DNA of 64,000 nucleotides from Escherichia coli (GTDB lineage: Bacteria > Pseudomonadota > Gammaproteobacteria > Enterobacterales > Enterobacteriaceae). The number at the start of each line of letters is the position of its first letter. The first letter of the stretch is position 1. The stretch lies in NCBI RefSeq assembly GCF_029227855.1, contig NZ_CP074356.1; one strand, 5' to 3'. Positions 23,338 to 33,100 of the stretch are shown here, in pieces. Under the pieces are notes generated by a model. It was not told where the DNA came from. It searched no databases and saw nothing but the letters and a program-made list of their open reading frames with translations. Position numbers and translations under genes: made by a program.

Positions 23338-24720
23338 TTATTGCTGCCAACCGCCACCAAGTGCGGTATATAAAGAAATTTCGTTAACCTGACGGGCATA
23401 ATTCAGGTCAAGTAAAGTTTGTCGGGTTGCAAATAAAGAACGTTCGGCATCCAGCACTTCCAGATAACTGATTGCGCCGTGCTGATATAATGCCCGCGCC
23501 CGTTGCAAAGTAATTTGCAGCGATGCCAGATAACGCTGCTGGGCGCTAATTTGATCGTTCAGGCTTTGACGTAATGCCAGCGCATCTGCCACTTCTTTAA
23601 AGGCATTCTGGATTTTCTGTTCATAATTCACCACCGACTGCTGCTGGCGAATTTCGGCGATATCCAGATTGGCCTGGTTGCGTCCGGCATTAAAAATGGG
23701 GATCTCAATTTTGGGAATAAAATTCCACATCCCGCTGCTGGCGTTAAATAAGGACGACAGATCGCTGCTGGCGGTCGATATTCCGCTGGTCAGACTGATA
23801 GACGGGAAAAATGCCGCGCGTGCAGCGCCAATATTGGCATTAGCCGCCATCAACGCGTGTTCAGCTTCCATAATATCCGGGCGCTGCAATAAGATTTGCG
23901 ACGACAAGCCCGCCGGTAATTTAACGCTTTGCAGGCTGTCGCTGTTTACTGTTTGCGCTTGCGGCAGCTTGCCGTAGCTTCCCAGCAACAGTTGCAATGC
24001 ATTATTCGCCTGCGCCAGTTCCCCCTGACGTTTAGCGATGTCGCTGCGGGTACTTTCTATCACCCCGCGAGCCTGTTCCAGCGCCAGAACATTGCTGCTA
24101 CCGGTCAACAGTTGTTTTTCGACAAACGCATATGACTGCTGATAATTACGCAGCGTTTCTTCGGCTATTTGCAATTGCGCATACGCCAGTTGCTGATTGA
24201 AATAGCTTTGCGCGACATTAGAAACCAGCAGAATATGCACCGCGCGCTGGGCTTCCTCAGTGGCTAAATAATTTTGGCGCTCGGCTTCGCTCATGTTCTT
24301 TAAGCGACCGAAAAAATCGAGATCAAAGCTGGCGTTAAGGCCGGTCGAAAACTCCCGTGTCGTGGCGGTATTCCCTTTAAGATTACCGCTCCAGCTGCCG
24401 CTGCCCTCGCCATTGAGCTGTGGGTAGCGGTCGGCATCGGTCAGACGATATTGCGCCCGTGCCTCCTGCACTTTCAGCGTCGCCATGCGCAAATCCCGGT
24501 TATTCACCAGCGCCTCGCTAATCAGCGTCTTCACCTGATTATCAATAAAAAAGGTGCGCCAGCCCGCGTTCTGGTAGTTATCTGCTGCGTTAACCAGGCC
24601 GTTCTGGCTGAGTGAGAACTGCTTCGGTACGGGCATTGCCGGACGCTGATAATCCGGTGCCAATGAACAACCGGTTAGCGCAAGGGCCACACAAAATGGC
24701 AGAAGTTTACAAGGAGACAT
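23338..24720 (-). CDS. cusC: Outer membrane efflux channel CusC
   Basis: Product MSPCKLLPFCVALALTGCSLAPDYQRP... with lipoprotein signal; the ORF track begins two codons upstream at a GTG. Confidence 0.94.
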   Translation of the reverse strand: MSPCKLLPFCVALALTGCSLAPDYQRPAMPVPKQFSLSQNGLVNAADNYQNAGWRTFFIDNQVKTLISEALVNNRDLRMATLKVQEARAQYRLTDADRYPQLNGEGSGSWSGNLKGNTATTREFSTGLNASFDLDFFGRLKNMSEAERQNYLATEEAQRAVHILLVSNVAQSYFNQQLAYAQLQIAEETLRNYQQSYAFVEKQLLTGSSNVLALEQARGVIESTRSDIAKRQGELAQANNALQLLLGSYGKLPQAQTVNSDSLQSVKLPAGLSSQILLQRPDIMEAEHALMAANANIGAARAAFFPSISLTSGISTASSDLSSLFNASSGMWNFIPKIEIPIFNAGRNQANLDIAEIRQQQSVVNYEQKIQNAFKEVADALALRQSLNDQISAQQRYLASLQITLQRARALYQHGAISYLEVLDAERSLFATRQTLLDLNYARQVNEISLYTALGGGWQQ

Positions 24721-24789
24721 AGGCACATAATTTCTGGTGATTTTATGCCGCCAACTTTACCCGCCAGGCTCTGATTTTCCGGTGACAGG

Positions 24790-24811
24790 AAAATGACAAA
24801 ATTGTCATTTT
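24790..24811. promoter_or_regulatory. CusR box in the cusC-cusR divergent promoter region
   Basis: Palindrome AAAATGACAAAATTGTCATTTT, matching the remembered CusR operator (AAAATGACAAnnTTGTCATTTT). Confidence 0.8.
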
Positions 24812-24876
24812 ACCAATAAGCGATTGCCATCTGATCCCGCTACTCTAGAATTGCCCGGGCAACATGTGGAGGAAAT

Positions 24877-25560
24877 ATGAAACTGTTGATTGTCGAAGAT
24901 GAAAAGAAAACCGGAGAATACTTGACCAAAGGGTTAACCGAAGCCGGTTTTGTGGTCGATTTGGCCGACAACGGGCTGAATGGCTACCATCTGGCGATGA
25001 CCGGAGATTATGATCTGATAATCCTCGATATTATGCTGCCGGACGTGAACGGCTGGGATATCGTGCGCATGTTGCGTTCCGCCAATAAAGGGATGCCGAT
25101 TCTGTTGCTTACCGCGCTTGGTACCATTGAACATCGCGTCAAGGGGCTGGAGTTGGGGGCGGATGACTATCTGGTGAAGCCGTTCGCTTTTGCTGAACTG
25201 CTGGCGCGGGTGCGCACTCTACTGCGGCGCGGGGCGGCGGTAATTATCGAAAGTCAGTTTCAGGTTGCCGATCTGATGGTCGATCTCGTCAGCCGCAAAG
25301 TCACCCGCAGCGGCACGCGCATCACTCTGACCAGTAAAGAATTTACTCTGCTGGAGTTTTTCCTCCGCCATCAAGGCGAAGTGCTGCCCCGCTCGCTTAT
25401 CGCCTCGCAGGTGTGGGACATGAATTTCGACAGCGATACCAACGCCATTGATGTGGCAGTGAAGCGGCTGCGCGGCAAAATCGACAACGACTTTGAGCCG
25501 AAGCTGATTCAAACCGTGCGCGGCGTGGGTTACATGCTTGAGGTGCCGGATGGTCAGTAA
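24877..25560 (+). CDS. cusR: Copper-responsive response regulator CusR (OmpR family)
   Basis: 227-aa [28 protein letters not shown]... Confidence 0.96.
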
Positions 25561-26998
25561 GCCATTTCAGCGCCCGTTTTCGCTGGCAACCCGCCTGACC
25601 TTTTTTATCAGCCTGGCCACCATCGCGGCGTTTTTCGCCTTTGCCTGGATCATGATTCACTCGGTAAAAGTGCATTTTGCTGAGCAGGATATTAATGATT
25701 TAAAAGAGATTAGCGCCACACTCAAGCGCGTTCTTAATCATCCCGAAGAGACACAAGCCCGACGCTTAATGACGCTGGAAGATATCGTCAGTGGTTATTC
25801 CAATGTGTTGATTTCCCTGGCAGATAGCCAGGGTAAAACGGTGTATCACTCCCCCGGTGCGCCGGATATCCGCGAGTTTACGCGTGACGCCATACCCGAT
25901 AAAGACACGCGGGGCGGCGAGGTGTATCTCCTTTCCGGCCCGACGATTATGATGCCGGGCCACGGTCACGGGCATATGGAACACAGCAACTGGCGGATGA
26001 TTAACTTGCCGGTTGGCCCGTTGGTGGACGGCAAACCGATTTATACGCTCTACATCGCGCTTTCGATCGATTTTCATCTTCATTACATAAATGATTTGAT
26101 GAATAAACTTATTATGACCGCATCGATCATCAGCATCCTGATCGTCTTTATCGTGCTGTTGGCGGTACATAAAGGTCACGCACCGATCCGCAGCGTCAGC
26201 CGTCAAATCCAGAACATTACCTCGAAAGATCTCGACGTTCGCCTTGACCCGCAGACCGTGCCGATTGAGCTGGAACAGCTGGTACTGTCGTTCAACCATA
26301 TGATCGAGCGTATTGAGGATGTCTTTACTCGCCAGTCCAATTTCTCAGCGGATATCGCTCACGAAATTCGTACACCAATTACGAATCTCATCACGCAAAC
26401 GGAAATCGCCCTCAGCCAGTCGCGCAGCCAGAAGGAGCTGGAAGATGTGCTCTACTCTAATCTCGAAGAGCTGACGCGAATGGCGAAAATGGTCAGCGAT
26501 ATGCTGTTTCTCGCCCAGGCCGATAACAACCAGTTAATCCCCGAAAAGAAAATGCTCAACCTGGCGGATGAAGTCGGCAAAGTGTTCGATTTTTTCGAGG
26601 CATTAGCGGAAGATCGCGGCGTGGAGTTGCGGTTTGTTGGTGACGAGTGTCAGGTTGCGGGCGATCCGCTGATGCTGCGTCGGGCGTTAAGCAACCTGCT
26701 TTCGAACGCCCTGCGTTATACGCCGCCCGGAGAGGCAATTGTTGTGCGCTGCCAGACGGTCGATCACCAGGTGCAAGTTACCGTCGAAAACCCCGGTACG
26801 CCCATTGCGCCCGAGCACTTACCGCGATTGTTTGACCGTTTCTATCGCGTTGACCCTTCCCGCCAGCGAAAAGGTGAAGGTAGCGGTATTGGGCTGGCGA
26901 TAGTGAAATCGATTGTTGTCGCGCATAAAGGCACGGTTGCGGTAACGTCAGATGCGCGGGGGACAAGGTTTGTGATTATGCTGCCGGAGAGAGAGTGA
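25550..26998 (+). CDS. cusS: Copper-sensing histidine kinase CusS
   Basis: Product [23 protein letters not shown]... with H-box [13 protein letters not shown]; overlaps the cusR stop by 11 bp. Confidence 0.94.
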
Positions 26999-27734
26999 TT
27001 ATTAAGTTCAAATTCAGGGCGTGGTGCATCACCTCCTGGTATTGTTGATCAACAAATTAGAGAAAAACTTATTAAACATATGAAATATCGAAGGCTTTTA
27101 TTTTTCAAAGTTTCACGAGATGTTTGTATATGAAACTTAGTTAAATCTGTGTTTCTTCCAATTGTAGATCACAATGCCCTTTCTAAATTTTCATCGTTAT
27201 AAACAAGCCATCTATCATATAAAGCAATGAATAATTTAATCGCGATTAATCATCATTAATTGTTATATTATTCACTCAATCTATTTATCAAGTGAATTTG
27301 ATAAATTCCTAATTTAAAATATCCACTATTGAGCCAGTATTTAACAACGTTAAGATGTGCAATGTGCAGATCATGTTATCAGGGTGGAGCGGTAGCATAT
27401 ATTTCTTATGCAATCATTCATTTTAATAATGTTAATTGGATTATTTATTGCTGTGAATAAAAATATATTATGAATATTGGTTTAACTTTGCGTTTTTGTT
27501 ACTCGTTGTGATATGCGTACCTGTCCTGAATAACGCCAAGAAACAAGAGGTTGAGCTTGTGATTATTTTTTTGACTGAACAGACACCCGTTTCTGTAAAG
27601 TAATATTTAAACAAAATTCTCACATAACCATAGCATTTTCTGTTCCTTCCCTAATAACGTCTGAAGTCGTCCCGCTTATCACATTATCCGCAGTTGTACG
27701 GTACGGATCATTATTCATTTTACTGGAGGTTGCT

Positions 27735-29636
27735 ATGTCAACCGGATTACGTTTCACACTGGAAGTGGACGGCCTGCCGCCGGATGCTTTTGCGGTGGTT
27801 TCCTTTCATCTGAACCAGTCACTCTCTTCGCTCTTTTCCCTCGATCTCTCCCTGGTCAGCCAGCAGTTTCTCTCCCTTGAATTTGCGCAGGTGCTGGACA
27901 AAATGGCCTACCTGACGATATGGCAGGGCGATGAAGTACAGCGCCGGGTGAAAGGCGTGGTGACCTGGTTTGAACTCGGGGAGAACGACAAAAACCAGAT
28001 GCTGTACAGCATGAAGGTGCACCCGCCGCTGTGGCGTGCCGGTCTGCGCCAGAACTTCCGTATCTTCCAGAACGAGGACATCAAAAGCATCCTCGGCACG
28101 ATGTTGCAGGAAAACGGGGTGACCGAATGGAGTCCGCTGTTCAGCGAGCCGCATCCTTCCCGTGAGTTTTGTGTCCAGTACGGTGAGACTGATTACGATT
28201 TCCTGTGCCGGATGGCGGCGGAGGAAGGCATCTTCTTTTATGAGGAGCATGCTTACAAAAGTACCGACCAGAGCCTGGTGCTGTGCGACACAGTCCGCCA
28301 TCTGCCCGAATCTTTTGAAATCCCATGGAACCCGAACACCCGTACCGAGGTGAGCACCCTCTGCATCAGCCAGTTCCGCTACAGCGCACAAATCCGCCCT
28401 TCTTCCGTGGTGACCAAAGACTACACCTTTAAACGCCCCGGCTGGGCCGGACGTTTTGAACAGGAAGGCCAGCACCAGGACTACCAGCGCACGCAGTATG
28501 AAGTGTATGACTACCCCGGACGTTTCAAGGGTGCCCACGGGCAGAACTTTGCCCGCTGGCAGATGGACGGCTGGCGAAACAATGCAGAAACCGCGCGGGG
28601 AATGAGTCGCTCGCCGGAGATATGGCCGGGACGACGAATTGTGCTGACGGGGCATCCGCAGGCGAACCTGAACCGGGAATGGCAGGTGGTGGCAAGTGAA
28701 CTGCACGGCGAACAGCCACAGGCGGTGCCAGGACGGCAGGGAGCGGGGACGGCGCTGGAGAACCATTTTGCGGTGATCCCGGCAGACAGAACATGGCGAC
28801 CACAGCCGTTGCTGAAACCGCTGGTCGACGGCCCGCAGAGCGCTGTCGTGACAGGACCGGCAGGCGAGGAAATCTTCTGCGACGAACATGGTCGCGTGCG
28901 GGTGAAGTTCAACTGGGACCGCTATAACCCGTCAAACCAGGACAGTTCGTGCTGGATCCGTGTGGCACAGGCGTGGGCAGGCACCGGTTTTGGCCACCTG
29001 GCGATACCGCGTGTGGGTCAGGAGGTGATTGTAGACTTCCTCAACGGCGATCCGGACCAGCCGATCATTATGGGGCGCACCTACCACCAGGAAAACCGCA
29101 CCCCCGGCAGCCTGCCGGGAACAAAGACGCAGATGACCATCCGCTCCAAAACGTACATGGGCAGCGGATTTAATGAGCTGAAGTTTGATGATGCGACAGG
29201 GAGAGAACAGGTCTACATCCACGCGCAGAAGAACATGGATACCGAAGTGCTCAACGACCGTACCACCACCGTAAAACACGATCACCACGAAACCGTAAAA
29301 AATGACCAGACGGTCACGATCCAGGAAGGTAACCGCCTTCTTACGGTGGAAAAAGGCCACAAGATCACCGGAGTACTGAAAGGGTCTTTATCTGAGGATG
29401 TCTTTCAGGACAGAGGCACGATTGCCGGTTCGGTGCATGTTGACGCTGTAAACAATGGTGGCGAAGGCGACGGTATACAGGCTTATACGGCGATTAAGGA
29501 AATTTTGCTGGCCGTGGAGGAAAGCAAAATTGCGCTGACGCCGGATGGCATTCAGCTACAGGTCGGGGAATCGACGGTAATCAGGCTGTCGAAGGATGGC
29601 ATCACCATCGTGGGCGGTTCTGTTTTCATCAACTGA
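27735..29636 (+). CDS. vgrG: Type VI secretion spike protein VgrG (Rhs-element Vgr protein)
   Basis: 633-aa ORF MSTGLRFTLEVDGLPPDAFAVVSFHLNQSLSSLFSLDLSL...; gp27/gp5-like organisation, immediately upstream of Eag/PAAR-Rhs genes. Confidence 0.88.
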   Translation: MSTGLRFTLEVDGLPPDAFAVVSFHLNQSLSSLFSLDLSLVSQQFLSLEFAQVLDKMAYLTIWQGDEVQRRVKGVVTWFELGENDKNQMLYSMKVHPPLWRAGLRQNFRIFQNEDIKSILGTMLQENGVTEWSPLFSEPHPSREFCVQYGETDYDFLCRMAAEEGIFFYEEHAYKSTDQSLVLCDTVRHLPESFEIPWNPNTRTEVSTLCISQFRYSAQIRPSSVVTKDYTFKRPGWAGRFEQEGQHQDYQRTQYEVYDYPGRFKGAHGQNFARWQMDGWRNNAETARGMSRSPEIWPGRRIVLTGHPQANLNREWQVVASELHGEQPQAVPGRQGAGTALENHFAVIPADRTWRPQPLLKPLVDGPQSAVVTGPAGEEIFCDEHGRVRVKFNWDRYNPSNQDSSCWIRVAQAWAGTGFGHLAIPRVGQEVIVDFLNGDPDQPIIMGRTYHQENRTPGSLPGTKTQMTIRSKTYMGSGFNELKFDDATGREQVYIHAQKNMDTEVLNDRTTTVKHDHHETVKNDQTVTIQEGNRLLTVEKGHKITGVLKGSLSEDVFQDRGTIAGSVHVDAVNNGGEGDGIQAYTAIKEILLAVEESKIALTPDGIQLQVGESTVIRLSKDGITIVGGSVFIN

Positions 29637-29663
29637 TTCACTCAGATTATCAGGGAGTATTTT

Positions 29664-30125
29664 ATGCAGTTCACTTTTAATGAAGGCCACATTCAACTGC
29701 CGTCTCAATGGCAGGATCAGTCAATGCAGGTCCTGGTGTCCACAGATAACAGTGGCATCAACCTGGTCATTACCCGCGAAGCCGTTCCACAGGGAACCCT
29801 GACACCAGAGCTGTACCAGGAAACGCTGGCGCTGTACCAGGGCAAACTTGATGGGTACACCGAACATGCCTGCCGGGAAATCACTCTGGCAGAGGCCCCG
29901 GCCTGGCTGCTGGATTATTCCTGGAACGGTCCGGAAGATGAGGGGAATCAGGGGCGGATTAGCCAGATAGCCGTATTCCAGCGGCGTGGAGATACGCTGC
30001 TGACCTTCACTTTCAGCACCTCCTTATCCCTGAAGAACAGTCAAAAGACGATGCTGCTGGAGGTGATAAAGAGCTTCACCCCGTTGCCACCGGAGAATGA
30101 CATCCAAAAGGACCAGCCGCGCTGA
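29664..30125 (+). CDS. DUF1795/Eag-family T6SS effector chaperone (EagR-like)
   Basis: 153-aa ORF placed between vgrG and a prePAAR-Rhs gene, the canonical position of Eag chaperones; assignment from context and overall similarity, no HMM run. Confidence 0.7.
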   Translation: MQFTFNEGHIQLPSQWQDQSMQVLVSTDNSGINLVITREAVPQGTLTPELYQETLALYQGKLDGYTEHACREITLAEAPAWLLDYSWNGPEDEGNQGRISQIAVFQRRGDTLLTFTFSTSLSLKNSQKTMLLEVIKSFTPLPPENDIQKDQPR

Positions 30126-30144
30126 CATAAACGAGGGATAACAC

Positions 30145-33100
30145 ATGAGTGAAGGACCAGGCGGGCCACAGGGAGCGACCGCAGGCGGTACGCTGGCAAT
30201 GCGAATGCTGTCACAGCAGGCGATGGTCGCCAGCCAGATGAAACGGGCAGCCAACGACAAAGCCATTGCACAGATGCTGGCATCAAAAAAGTCCGGCCCC
30301 CCCGCCGCCAGGCTGGGCGATGAAATTCAGCACAAGAGTTTTTTGGGGGCGCTGGCAGGGGCCGTGCTGGGGGCGATAGTGACCATCGCAGAAGGTTGCC
30401 TGATTATGGCCGCCTGTGCCACCGGCCCTTATGCGCTGGTTCTGGTGCCTGCGCTGATGTATGCCAGCTATAAGGCGAGTGATTATGTGGAGGAGAAACA
30501 GAACCAGCTTGAATCATGGATAAACAGCTTTTGTGACACGGACGGCGCCATCAATACCGGTTCTGAAAATGTAAACATTAACGGAAAGCCCGCTGCCAGG
30601 GCCGCCGTCACCCTTCCCCCTCCTCCCCCACCTGGAGCAATACCTGAAATCCCACAGGGGGAACCCTCATGGGGTGATATTGCCACTGACCTGCTTGAAT
30701 CGGCAGCGGAAAAAGCAGTACCACTGGCGAAGGCCTGGGGGAACGCTGTTATCACCCTGACGGACAGCAATGCCGGTTTTATGGATCGCGTCAGCGCCGG
30801 CGCATCGCTTCTGTTTCCCGCCGGTCCGGTATTAATGGAGTTTGCCACCATGGTGGGCGGGCGTGGCGAAATCAAAAAAGATGTGGATTTCCCGGAAGCC
30901 GGTGAGGACACGGCGCTCTGCGACAAGGAGAACAAACCACCGAGGATAGCCCAGGGCAGCAGCAACGTCTTTATCAACAATCAGCCCGCCGCGCGCAAGG
31001 GCGACAAACTGGAGTGCAGCGCGGCAATCGTGGAAGGTTCGCCGGACGTCTTTATTGGCGGTGAACAGGTGACCTATCTGGATATCCAGCCAGAGTTCCC
31101 GCCGTGGCAGAGAATGATCCTGGGGGGAATAACGATAGCCAGCTATCTTCTGCCGCCAGCGGGACTGCTGGGAAAACTGAAGAATCTGGCGAGACTCGGC
31201 AAACTGGGGAACCTGCTGGGGAAAAGCGGGAAGCTGCTGGGGGCAAAGCTCGGCGCGTTGCTGGGAAAAACAGATAAGTCGTTAAAAAGTATTGCCAATA
31301 AAGTCATCAGATGGGTAACAGATCCTGTCGATCCGGTAACCGGCGCGTACTGCGACGAACGTACCGACTTTACGCTGGGCCAGACCCTCCCCCTCTCCTT
31401 CACCCGTTTCCACAGTTCTGTACTGCCGCTGCATGGCCTGACCGGCGTGGGCTGGAGCGACTCCTGGAGCGAATACGCCTGGGTGCGTGAACAGGGAAAC
31501 CGGGTGGATATCATCAGCCAGGGAGCCACGCTGAACTTCGCCTTCGACGGTGACAGTGATACGGCGGTTAACCCGTATCACGCCCAGTACATTCTGCGCC
31601 GCCGCGATGATTATCTGGAGCTGTTCGACAGGGATGCACTGAGCAGCCGCTTCTTTTATGACGCCTTTCCGGGAATGCGTCTGCGCCACCCGGTGACTGA
31701 CGATACCAGCGATGACCGCCTGGCACACAGCCCCAATGACCGGATGTACATGCTGGGCGGGATGAGCGACACCGCCAGCAACCGCATCACGTTTGAGCGC
31801 GACAGCCAGTACCGGATCACAGGTGTCAGTCACACCGACGGGATCCGGCTTAAACTGACGTACCACGCCAGCGGCTACCTGAAAGCCATTCACCGCACGG
31901 ATAACGGCATACAGACGCTGGCGACCTACGAACAGGATGCGCGGGGGCGGCTGACAGAAGCGGATGCGCGGCTGGACTACCACCTGTTTTATGAGTACGA
32001 CGCTGCGGACCGGATCATCCGCTGGTCCGATAACGACCAGACGTGGAGCCGTTTCACCTACGATGAACAGGGCCGGTGCGTGAATGTCACCGGGGCGGAG
32101 GGCTATTACAACGCCACGCTGGACTATGGTGACGGCTGCACCACCGTGACGGACGGCAAGGGCATTCACCGTTATTACTATGATCCTGACGGCAATATTC
32201 TGCGGGAAGCAGCGCCGGACGGCAGCACCACCACGTATGAATGGGATGAATTCCATCACCTGCTGGCCCGTCACTCCCCTGCCGGGCGGGTGGAGAAATT
32301 TGAATACAACGCCGCACACGGTCAGTTAAGCCGTTACACGGCGGCAGACGGCGCGGAGTGGCAGTACCGCTATGATGAGCGCGGCCTGCTCAGCAACATC
32401 ACCGACCCTGCCGGGCAGACGTGGACACAGCAGTGTGATGAACGCGGCCTGCCGGTAAGTCTGGTGTCGCCACAGGGCGAAGAGACCCGGCTGGCATACA
32501 CCGCTCAGGGGCTGCTGTCGGGAATATTCCGCCAGGATGAACGGCGTCTGGGCATAGAGTACGACCACCACAACCGGCCGGAAACACTCACCGACGTGAT
32601 GGGCCGTGAACACCACACCGAATACAGCGGTCACGACCTGCCGGTGAAGATGCGCGGCCCCGGCGGTCAGTCAGTGCGGTTGCAGTGGCAGCAGCACCAT
32701 AAACTGAGTGGCCTTGAGCGCACTGGCACCGGCGCGGAAGGGTTCAGCTATGACCGCCACGGCAACCTGCTGGCCTGGACGGACGGCAATGGTGTTGTCT
32801 GGACAATGGAGTACGGCCCGTTCGATTTGCCGGTGGCGCGAACGGACGGTGAAGGCCACCGCTGGCAGTACCGCTATGATAAAGACACGCTGCAACTGAC
32901 AGAAGTCATTAACCCGCAGGGTGAGTCATATCTTTATGTTCTGGATAACTGCGGCCGGGTGACGGAAGAGCATGACTGGGGCGGCGTGGTCTGGCGTTAC
33001 CGCTATGACGCCGATGGCCTGTGTACCGCCAGGGTCAACGGCCTGGAGGAAACCATCCTCTACAGCCGGGACGACGCAGGCCGCCTGGCAGAAGTCATCA

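Noticed and set aside
27819-28912. Minus-strand ORFs of 356 and 133 aa inside vgrG
   Set aside because: Antisense to a strongly supported VgrG reading frame; the composition is that of a GC-rich shadow frame.
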